This document shows positions 41,178 through 49,549 of a stretch of 64,000 nucleotides of DNA, in pieces. The notes below the pieces were generated by a model. It had not been told where the DNA came from, did not search any database, and saw only the letters and a list, made by a program, of their open reading frames with translations. Within the stretch, counting starts at the first letter, position 1. Each line of letters starts with the position of its first letter. Source of the stretch: Pseudomonadota bacterium. GTDB taxonomy: Bacteria > Chloroflexota > UBA5177 > JAJPKF01. Where the stretch lies: assembly GCA_021323865.1 (NCBI GenBank), contig JAJPKF010000006.1, positions 16,772 through 80,771 of the forward strand, read 5' to 3'. The translations under genes and the position numbers were made by a program.

Positions 41178-41425
41178 CAGGCTTCGATGACCGGGATGAT
41201 GGTGTCGCGGGGGATCAGCACCATCTCAATCCAGGGAAACTCGTTGAAGATCGTTCGCGCGTAGACCCGACCGAGGTCCGGGTCGTCGGCCGCCACCGTG
41301 CCCACCTGGTAGAGCGGCTCGTCATACTTGCGGCGGGCATAGACCTCCCACAGCTTCCGGTCTTCGATCCATCCGCCCGCTTCAGAGGACTGCTGCTTCG
41401 CCGTCGGCGCAGGAGAAGTGTTCAT
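41177..41425 (-). CDS. PaaB-like subunit
   Basis: WEVYARR....L..VGTV.A.D..L...YAR; position in the operon. Confidence 0.72.
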   Translation of the reverse strand: MNTSPAPTAKQQSSEAGGWIEDRKLWEVYARRKYDEPLYQVGTVAADDPDLGRVYARTIFNEFPWIEMVLIPRDTIIPVIEA

Positions 41426-41772
41426 ACCGCGATGCCCATCTCCTGGAGGGCAAGCCGGCCGTCTGCGGATAGCCGCCGCGGCGACCAGATGGGGTCCCAG
41501 ACGATCTCGATCGCCACCGAAGCGATGCCGGGCTCCCGCAGCAGTCGCGCTTCGATATCCTCCATGATCATGTCGACGGCCGGACAGCCCATCGACGTGA
41601 GGGTGAGCTTCACGTCCACCGTTCCGCGATGCTCCCGGATATCCACAATGAGCCCCATGTCCACGATGCTGATGGGAAACTCGGGATCGAATACGTCCCG
41701 AAGCGCGTCCAGCAGTGCCGCTTCCCGCGGCGCTTGGCCGCCGGGGCCGCTCGGGTTGTTGCCGCCTGTCAC
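41422..41772 (-). CDS. PaaD N-terminal / DUF59 metal-sulfur cluster assembly factor
   Basis: ALRDVFDPE.PISIVDMGL, LTSMGCP and VWDPIW; GTG start inferred. Confidence 0.82.
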   Translation of the reverse strand: MTGGNNPSGPGGQAPREAALLDALRDVFDPEFPISIVDMGLIVDIREHRGTVDVKLTLTSMGCPAVDMIMEDIEARLLREPGIASVAIEIVWDPIWSPRRLSADGRLALQEMGIAV

Positions 41773-41822
41773 CGCTGCCTCGCGGGCAGCGGCGGCCGGC
41801 GATCCACTCGGGACCGGCAACG

Positions 41823-42773
41823 CTACGCCGCGGCCAGAAGCGATTTGAGCTCCTTGTGGCCGCGCTGAATGGTGTCTACGTACTGCTGGTTCATCGGGCC
41901 CCGGGCCTTCCAGCGCCCCAGGACCGCATCCCAGGTGATTTCCCCTTCGTCGATCAGCCACCGTTTGTTCTCGGCGTCGAAGGCCAGTGGAAACGGTACG
42001 TCCAGGACATACCGCTCCGTGGCCTGATCGAAGTGCGCCGGGACGCTGTAGTTCAACGACTCGCACAGCGGGACCGCCGTGGACATCCAGATCTGGCGCA
42101 GCTCGTCGTTCGATTTGCCCTTGAAGCCGAAGCCCAGCTGCTCGGTGTGCCGCTTCTTGTCGTCGGGCAGGCCGAACCACTCGACGGTCAGCAGGAACAT
42201 CCAGTCGATGGCCCGCTGGATCTCCCGCCGCCCTTCGGTTGTCTGGGAGAGCTTGCGCATCCAGTTCTCGCCATGCCGGAGGTGGAAGGTCTCCTCCTTG
42301 TCCACCTTCACGAGCGCGCGCTTCCACGGGCCGAACGTCGAGGAGCCGAAGACGTCACTGAGCAGGACGAAACCGGCCCGATCGTAAAACGCGTTGGCCA
42401 TCACTAGCTCCACCCAGGTCGTGAGCGGTACGTCAAAGGCATAGGGATACTTGAACTTGGCGGGGTCGCGGTCGTAGATCAGGGCGTCGATGTCGACACC
42501 GAGGTCGCGCATGAGGCGGTAGGCAATGTGGGCGTGACCCAGCTCGTCCTGAATGATGGCCAGTGCTGAGCCGAACGGGTTCAGCGATGGAGCGGCCCTG
42601 GCGGGGTTGTAATAGGCCGGTGCGCTGATCAGCTCCGTATCCGCCGAAACGGTGAGGATGCGCTTGATCCCCTCCAAGTAGGCAGGGCTCATGTGCTCGA
42701 TGGATTCGATGAGCTGGTGGTTCTTGATGCGTTCGAGCACCTGCTGATCGGTCAGCGGTGGGGCATCGGACAT
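41823..42773 (-). CDS. PaaA/BoxB-like di-iron aromatic-CoA epoxidase catalytic subunit
   Basis: ADTE, APSL, QDELGH, DRAG and EETFH (two ExxH di-iron motifs). Confidence 0.82.
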   Translation of the reverse strand: MSDAPPLTDQQVLERIKNHQLIESIEHMSPAYLEGIKRILTVSADTELISAPAYYNPARAAPSLNPFGSALAIIQDELGHAHIAYRLMRDLGVDIDALIYDRDPAKFKYPYAFDVPLTTWVELVMANAFYDRAGFVLLSDVFGSSTFGPWKRALVKVDKEETFHLRHGENWMRKLSQTTEGRREIQRAIDWMFLLTVEWFGLPDDKKRHTEQLGFGFKGKSNDELRQIWMSTAVPLCESLNYSVPAHFDQATERYVLDVPFPLAFDAENKRWLIDEGEITWDAVLGRWKARGPMNQQYVDTIQRGHKELKSLLAAA

Positions 42774-42910
42774 GGGCGCAGCGCTCCGTCTTGAGGTGGC
42801 CTCAGCCCCATCATAGCCCCGAAAACCGGCAGTCTCCGTGCTAAACTTGGCCCATTCCAGCCGGTGCACATGGCGCCTCGACGCCTTCACTCCGGAGCGG
42901 AAGGGGGGAG

Positions 42911-43390
42911 ATGGGCAGGAGCGATAACGGTCGAAGGTCCCGGCTTCCCCAGGCCATGTGGCCGACGGATGACCGGCCGTGGTCGCTGGCCGCCCTCACG
43001 ATCCTCTCCCTCTTTTGCTGGCCAGGAGCAATTGTTCTCTCGGTGCGCAACCTGCAGTACCTCGGGGTCTACGACGAGAAGACGGCGCGGTTCTATGCCT
43101 GGGCCACCGCGGCATTCCTGGCCAGCCTGCTCCTCCTGACCTGGTCCTTCGATCCCAAGGCCTTTGAGAAGACCCCCGAGCAGCAGGCCCTTCCCATCAC
43201 GCTCCTCTCGCCGCTGGTCTGTTATCTGATCCAGGTCATCCCGTTCCGGCGCTGGCGTCTGGCTCATCCCGCCCAGCCGACCAGGCCCTGGTATTCCTCG
43301 ATTCTGCCCGCGATCGTGACTGCGCTGGCGACCATTGTCGTCGCCCTTGCCGCCATCAGCATCGTTCAGGTGGCCATGCCGAAGTCGTAG
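42911..43390 (+). CDS. Hypothetical membrane protein
   Basis: AAGGGGG RBS; four hydrophobic segments. Confidence 0.6.
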   Translation: MGRSDNGRRSRLPQAMWPTDDRPWSLAALTILSLFCWPGAIVLSVRNLQYLGVYDEKTARFYAWATAAFLASLLLLTWSFDPKAFEKTPEQQALPITLLSPLVCYLIQVIPFRRWRLAHPAQPTRPWYSSILPAIVTALATIVVALAAISIVQVAMPKS

Positions 43391-43443
43391 TCCGCGCCTC
43401 CCTCGTCGGCCTCTGCGGTTCTCATGCCATAATCCTTTCGGTT

Positions 43444-44166
43444 GTGGAGACCACTCGTCGGAGTGCGGTGCGCCGCGTCGAACGTCCGCATCACCGGCTG
43501 CGCGACACCCTCTATCTAATCCTGGCGCTGCTGGTTCTGACCTTGACGATTGTCGGCGCCACCAGCACCGTGGCGTTCGTGCTGGGGTCTCAGATCTTCC
43601 ACGCGGCGAAACCGCACGCCGCTCCACCCGGCACGCCGCGGGTCGTCGTTCGCGTTCCGGAACGCGCGGCGGCAGCGGTCCTGGCGCACGCGCGGCAAGA
43701 GCGACGCCGGCTTCTTCAGCGAGCGCGTGCCCAGGCGAGGGCCCTGCTCCGTGCGGCTCGACGCCGTGCTTCACATCGCCCGGTGCCCACGAAGGTGCCT
43801 CCTCATCCTCGGTCCACCGCACCTGCCATACAACCCACCCCGGCTCCCGCGGCCCGTGCTCCCATCGGGACTCCAGCTCCGGCCCGCGTCGGGAGCCGTC
43901 CCTCAGGCTCGCTGCCGGCCGGCTGGGCGGTCGCCGCCGTGGGCAGCAACCCGTGGAGCCGAACGGTCCAGATTCGCAACCGCTCGGCAGTGAGCTTCTC
44001 CGGTGTGGTCACGATGACCTTCGTGGCTCGGAACGGTGGGGTCCTCGCCACCGACCTCGGACATTTCGGCGGCGTCCCTCCGCACAGCACGGTAACGGTA
44101 CACGTGTTTGGTGCCGACCCTCGGGTCTGGTATCGGTACCGGATCGCGGTTTCCGACATCCGTTAG
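43444..44166 (+). CDS. Hypothetical membrane-anchored protein with Pro/Ala linker and C-terminal beta-sandwich
   Basis: One TM; C-terminal TVQIRNRS..V.MTF..GGV pattern (FxLYD-like). Confidence 0.55.
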   Translation: METTRRSAVRRVERPHHRLRDTLYLILALLVLTLTIVGATSTVAFVLGSQIFHAAKPHAAPPGTPRVVVRVPERAAAAVLAHARQERRRLLQRARAQARALLRAARRRASHRPVPTKVPPHPRSTAPAIQPTPAPAARAPIGTPAPARVGSRPSGSLPAGWAVAAVGSNPWSRTVQIRNRSAVSFSGVVTMTFVARNGGVLATDLGHFGGVPPHSTVTVHVFGADPRVWYRYRIAVSDIR

Positions 44167-44248
44167 CCCCGGTGCGGCGCCTCGCGGTTCGGTACGCCGC
44201 TTGCTCTAAGTTGAGGTGGCGGTATTGGCCAGAAAGGGGACGCATCCC

Positions 44249-45532
44249 GTGTCAACCATGACCAAGCCCGCGGCGCGCAGCGTCCGCGAGGGGCCGAACG
44301 AGTTCGAGACGGCACAACGGCAGTTCGATCGCGCGGCCGAGATTCTCAATCTCGATCCCAATATTCGGTGCATTCTCCGAACGCCGCAGCGCATCCTGGA
44401 AGTGCACTTTCCCGTACACATGGACGACGGCAGCATCCGGGTCTTCACCGGCTTTCGAGTGCAGCACAATCTCCATCGTGGACCGACCAAGGGCGGCATC
44501 CGGTATCACCCGGACGTCACCTTGGATGAGGTGAAGGCGCTGGCGATGTGGATGACCTGGAAGTTCGCCATCATCGGTCTGCCCTTCGGAGGCGCCAAGG
44601 GCGGCGTGGTCGTCGAGCCGGAACGGCTCAGCCAGACCGAGCTGGAGCATCTCACCCGGCGCTTCACCACCGAGATCTCGATCATCATCGGTCCCGAGAG
44701 AGATATCCCTGCCCCCGATGTGAACACCAGCGGCCAGACCATGGCGTGGATGATGGACACCTACAGCATGCACACCGGCTTCTCGGTCCCGGCAGTCGTG
44801 ACGGGGAAACCATTGAGCATCGGCGGCTCAGAGGGCCGGCTCGAGGCAACTGGGCGGGGCGTCATGATCGTTACCATCGACGCGCTCCAGCGTCTCGGCA
44901 TTCCTCCCACGGAGACGACCGTCGCGGTTCAGGGGTTCGGAAACGTGGGCAGCCACACCGCCCGCCTGCTTCACCAGGAGGGCTGCCGCATTGTGGCGGT
45001 AAGTGATGTGCACGGTGGCATCTACAACCCGAAGGGCCTGCCGGTTCCTGAGCTGCTGCGATACGTCCAGGAGCACGGCACGGTGCTCGGGTTCCCGCAG
45101 ACCGAGTCGGTGACCAACATGGAGCTTCTGGAGCTGCCGGTAACGGTCCTGGTGCCGGCGGCGCTGGGAAACCAGATCACGGCCGAGAACGCCGATCGGA
45201 TTCGCGCCCGGGTCGTCTCTGAGGGAGCGAACGGCCCGACGACGCCCGAGGCCGATGCCATCATGCACGAGAACGGCGTCTTCCTGATTCCCGACATCCT
45301 TGCCAACGCCGGTGGCGTCACCGTCTCGTACTTCGAATGGGTTCAGGATCTCCAGCAGTTCTTCTGGACGGAGAACGAGATCGATCAGAAGCTCGCCCAC
45401 ATCATGCGCAAGAGCTTCGCGAAGACCTACGCCACCATGGAGAATCGCGGTGTCGACATGCGCATGGCGGCCTATATCGAAGCGGTGAGCAACGTCGCGG
45501 CCGCCACCGACGCCCGGTCCATATACCCGTAG
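44249..45532 (+). CDS. gdhA: Glu/Leu/Phe/Val dehydrogenase, probably glutamate dehydrogenase
   Basis: [33 protein letters not shown] and [13 protein letters not shown]. Confidence 0.92.
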   Translation: MSTMTKPAARSVREGPNEFETAQRQFDRAAEILNLDPNIRCILRTPQRILEVHFPVHMDDGSIRVFTGFRVQHNLHRGPTKGGIRYHPDVTLDEVKALAMWMTWKFAIIGLPFGGAKGGVVVEPERLSQTELEHLTRRFTTEISIIIGPERDIPAPDVNTSGQTMAWMMDTYSMHTGFSVPAVVTGKPLSIGGSEGRLEATGRGVMIVTIDALQRLGIPPTETTVAVQGFGNVGSHTARLLHQEGCRIVAVSDVHGGIYNPKGLPVPELLRYVQEHGTVLGFPQTESVTNMELLELPVTVLVPAALGNQITAENADRIRARVVSEGANGPTTPEADAIMHENGVFLIPDILANAGGVTVSYFEWVQDLQQFFWTENEIDQKLAHIMRKSFAKTYATMENRGVDMRMAAYIEAVSNVAAATDARSIYP

Positions 45533-45685
45533 CGGGCTCAGCAGCGGCCAGAAGCGGCCGGCCCGGACAGGGCGCGCGCTTCCGGTCCGAACAGGCGGTC
45601 CTGGTCCCTCTCGGCGCGGGCCCGAAATGTGGGGCTCACCGGCCGCAGGTCGATTTTGCCGCTCTTCTTCGGGCCGAGCCTTGCT

Positions 45686-46070
45686 TTAGAGCCCTCGGTT
45701 GGGCGGCACCCACTGTGAGCCGTTCCACCGCTCCCCAATCGGCCTTCTCGGGCCGGTCGATGGGAGGACGCTGCCCACGGCCATGCAATGGTTGGGTCTC
45801 GGGCAGTCGACACCGCTTAGCTGGCGAACCCGTGCCGGGGGTTCCACGAGGCGGTCCGCAACCACTTCCGGCCGTTCCAGCGCAAGCGTCAGACTGTAAT
45901 CCCGGAACGGCGCTCGCGGTTTGGTGATGGGCTCCATGGAGCCAACCGCCATGCAGCGGTCGCCTCCGCGGCAGGTCACCCCGAGGAGCCTGGCCTAGAG
46001 TCGCTGTGATGTCGGGTTCGGGGGCCGCCACCATCTCCCGGAGCGGTATCGCTCGAGCAGGGCGCTGGGA
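45686..46070 (-). pseudogene. Remnant of a secreted repeat protein (L.GV.C....CMAVG...ERWNG..W repeats)
   Basis: Repeat units split across frames with an in-frame TAG at 45995-45997. Confidence 0.55.
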
Positions 46071-46333
46071 CCGCGAGAGGCGGCCGAGTCCACTCGCGTG
46101 GGATGCGCCCAACAGCGTCGTCACCTGCTCCACCGGCTCACCATCACTGATGTAGTCGGTCGCGCCGAGGTCCAGCGAGCTGGACAGGGTGCGTGCAATC
46201 AAGGCTGGGATCGGCGAAGTGCTCCAGGTCAGGTGGTCAGAGCTTCAACTCAGGAGTGGGTTCGCGTCGGGAGCCACCGGGGCGATTCGGCGTTGGGTCC
46301 CCACGACCCACGCCGGCTAGAAGCTCTCGGCCA

Positions 46334-46930
46334 CTACGAATTGGATCCACACTCAAGTATCGCCTCCAAAAGCCCGAGTGCTTCAGCCTGTAGGGCGTGC
46401 ACGGTTCCCTCAAGATCAATTGACTCGAGGCGGGACGCCGCGTAGCTGGCTCGGAAGATGAGCGACCATGTCCCGCTGAGAAGGGGTGTCAAAGCGTGTC
46501 CGCGGGGTCGCAGGAAGCGCCCAGCCGCTTCCTCTGCCGCACGCCCGCCCGCCCGGTCCACCGGGTCGCGATTCCACCGGCTGAACGAGCCGACGGGGCC
46601 GTGCTCCCAGATGCTCCGACGGGTCCGCCTCGTCACGTGAGTACACGCTTCGAGAGAGGCGTCGTCGGTGATCGGTGTCGTGGACTCTACCTCCGTGGCA
46701 TCGGCGCCGAGACCTCCCAGGCGGAGCCAAGTGCCGGCGAACGGACGGGCGTACCAGTCCAGCGCCATCCATGCCCGCCGCTCTTCGATCTCGTCCGTGC
46801 GTCGCGAACCGGCCACGCGGCGCTGGTAGGCCCGGGCGAGGTGCTGCTCCTCGGGGTCTAAGTCGGCCAACCAGGTGAGTACGAACCAGTCGACAACGGG
46901 GCTTTCGTTGGCATCCGCGAGTGTTCCGAT
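46334..46930 (-). CDS. Hypothetical protein
   Basis: SPVVDWFVLTW..EERRAWMALDW..WLRLGGL; frame open to 46939; start unclear. Confidence 0.5.
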   Translation of the reverse strand: MGTLADANESPVVDWFVLTWLADLDPEEQHLARAYQRRVAGSRRTDEIEERRAWMALDWYARPFAGTWLRLGGLGADATEVESTTPITDDASLEACTHVTRRTRRSIWEHGPVGSFSRWNRDPVDRAGGRAAEEAAGRFLRPRGHALTPLLSGTWSLIFRASYAASRLESIDLEGTVHALQAEALGLLEAILECGSNS

Positions 46931-46968
46931 CGCGGTCCCCTATTCGGCTACGGAGTGACGGCAAACCT

Positions 46969-47757
46969 CTAGCGGCATTGTTTCGGGAGGCGGATCTTGG
47001 GGAAGCGTCTGGGATGCCAGTTCAGGGCAACCGTCGTTCGCGACGTCTGGATCGGGCCCTTTGAGTGTGCGGGGTGAGCAGGTGAGACTGCCCGGCTGCT
47101 TACGCGGAGGATGAGCCCGGTCCTCCGCCCAATCAGGAAGGTCTCCCGGAATGTCGAATTAGCGCCGTAGACGGCGGGTATCCGCGTACGCACGGTCACG
47201 GCCCATACGCGATGCTTGCCCAGACGCCTCCGGCCCGCTAGTCTCGCCCGCTCGGGGTTCTGTGCAACGACGGGACCGTAAGAGTTCGTCGCCGACCCGG
47301 GCGGGCCCCGAAACGTTCGTCTGCTGCACCGCCAGGGCTTCCCCGGCGATCGGAAAGCCGCATGCGATCCGACGGAGATTCCCAGGTAGCGGCTCGCAAT
47401 CGGTCCGTCTGGGCCGTGTCCGCGTATCCGGCCGGCCTCGCGTCCACGACCAGGGAACCCGCCTCGCACGGTGTACCAGCCACGCCCGCTGGTGACCAAA
47501 CCGTATCGGCGCCGCGGTCGTAGCGTGATTAGCTCGACCTGGTCGACGGTCACCTGGTAGCTGAAGCGGCCCAACGACCGGAGGCGGCCGAGGGCGTGTC
47601 GCAGGAGGGTGGGGCCCCGGCCGTCGGCGCCGGGCGGGGCACCGGCCCGCTCAGCCGACGCCGTCAGAGAGCCACCGCCGAGTGTCGCCGCGGCTAGGAT
47701 CGCCAGCCCCAGCGCAGCCCGCGGTGTGTCCGACAGGATGTGCCGCTTCCTAAACAT
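46969..47757 (-). CDS. Secreted Arg-rich hypothetical protein
   Basis: GGAGG RBS; signal peptide ending ASA. Confidence 0.6.
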   Translation of the reverse strand: MFRKRHILSDTPRAALGLAILAAATLGGGSLTASAERAGAPPGADGRGPTLLRHALGRLRSLGRFSYQVTVDQVELITLRPRRRYGLVTSGRGWYTVRGGFPGRGREAGRIRGHGPDGPIASRYLGISVGSHAAFRSPGKPWRCSRRTFRGPPGSATNSYGPVVAQNPERARLAGRRRLGKHRVWAVTVRTRIPAVYGANSTFRETFLIGRRTGLILRVSSRAVSPAHPAHSKGPIQTSRTTVALNWHPRRFPKIRLPKQCR

Positions 47758-47773
47758 TCGGTCCGCCTCCTAC

Positions 47774-48354
47774 CTAAAGATGTTCGCAGGGGAAAGAGTT
47801 GTGGGCGTGCTTCGGCAGCTCGGCGAGTTCCGTGAGGGCGTCAGAGAGCGGGCCCTGCAGCTCATACGCAAAGGCGCCCTCCGGGAACCGCTCGCGGCGC
47901 TCACCGTGAAGCAGCTGCTTGACCAGTTCGGCGATCTGCACGGCCATGCTCGGACCCGCTTCGAGTTCGGATGCCTGCCACGCGACGACGACGGTCCGCC
48001 GTCCCTCGGCCAGCGCACTCAGAAGCAGGTCCAGGGCATCATGCCGGCCGCCGAGGCAGGCGAAGCTGGACAAGCCGGCCGCGTACAGCGCGGGAACCCA
48101 GGCAGGCCTCCCGCCGAGCGTCACAACTCCCGCGACCACCGCTCCGGCGCCCACCAGCGCCCGACAAGCGTCCACCGCCGCATCCGGCGAGGCGTCCAGG
48201 AGCCCATGATGGCGACATCGGCGCCCGCGCGGCAGACGTCGAGATCGAAGGGCGTCAGCGGCCCAGAGTAGACCACATCGTGGCCGCCCGCGGCCACCCA
48301 GACGCGAATCCCCTCGCGTGGAACGTCCACATTCGACAGAATTGCGATGCGCAC
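47774..48354 (-). pseudogene. Frameshifted receiver-like hypothetical gene
   Basis: VRIAILSN..DVAIMG continues in the -1 frame as LLDASPDAAVDACRAL near 48205. Confidence 0.45.
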
Positions 48355-48425
48355 CCCAGTACCCTTCGCACTATTAAGATACCGCCTCGGCGCGAGAACG
48401 TCAAGCCTGGGACGCGGCGCCCGGC

Positions 48426-49548
48426 CTATCCTCCGGAAGGGACGGGCGCGCGCCGCAGGTAGGCCTCGATGAAGGGGTCGAGGTCGCCGTTCAGCACCGC
48501 GTCGGCGGCCGACGTTTCGACACCAGACCGCAGGTCTTTCACCATGGTGTAGGGGTGCAGGACGTAGGAGCGGATCTGGTTGCCCCAGCCGGCCTCGACA
48601 TGCTCCCCTTTGAGACGCGCCTGTTCGGCCTGCCGCTCCTCGAGCTGCCGCTCCAGGAGGCGAGCCCGCAGGACGGTCATGGCCAGGTCGCGGTTCTGCA
48701 GCTGCGACCGCTCGTTCTGGCACGTCACGACGATGCCGCTGGGGATGTGGGTGATTCTGACGGCCGACTCGGTCTTGTTGACATGCTGGCCGCCCGCGCC
48801 GGTGGACCGGTAGGTGTCGATGCGGAGATCGTCGGGATTGACGGCTAGCTCTTCGTCCGTCTCGGTGACGGGCATGACCTCCACGAGCGAGAAGCTGGTG
48901 TGGCGGCGGTGGGCGCTGTCGTAGGGCGAGAGGCGGACCAGGCGGTGAACGCCCCGCTCAGCACGCAGGTACCCGTAGGCGTAGGGACCGGAGATCTCCA
49001 GATCCGCGCTCTTGATCCCGGCCTCCTCCCCCTCGCTGATCTGCACGATGTCGACCTTGTACTTGTGAGTCTCCGCCCAGCGGATGTACATGCGCATGAG
49101 CATCTGGGCCCAGTCCTGGGATTCCGTCCCCCCAGCGCCGGCGTGAATGGAGAGGATGGCATCGTTCTCGGCGTAGTCGCCTGAGAGCAGAACCCGAAGG
49201 TCAAGCCGCTCCACCTCTCGGGAGATCTGGCCCGCCTCGGCGGTGACGTCAACCAGGAGCGAGTCGTCGTTCTCCGACTCGGTGAGATCGAGCAGATCGC
49301 CGAGATCGTGGATGCGGTGAGAGAGCCGGTCGGCTTCCTCCACCTCCCCGGCGAGACGGCTGAGCCGTGCCATGACCGCGGAGGCGGCCCGTGGCTCGTC
49401 CCAGAAGCCGGGCTCGGCGCTCTGGGCCTGCAGACGGCTCAGCTCGCGGCGGCGGCCCTCGATGTCAAAGGTGCACCTTTAGCTGATCGAACTTGGTCGC
49501 ATCGTCATGCAGGCGCAGCTTCAGGTCTTCCACGGATGTCTGGGTCAT
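48426..49548 (-). CDS. prfB: Peptide chain release factor 2 with programmed +1 frameshift
   Basis: GGQ and SPY motifs; CTT-TGA-C at 49464-49470 preceded by AAGGTG. Confidence 0.97.
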
Positions 49549-49549
49549 C

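Noticed and set aside
41422-42327. 301-aa ORF-track version of the DUF59 protein
   Set aside because: N-terminal extension overlaps the PaaA-like gene out of frame; only the last ~116 aa are credible
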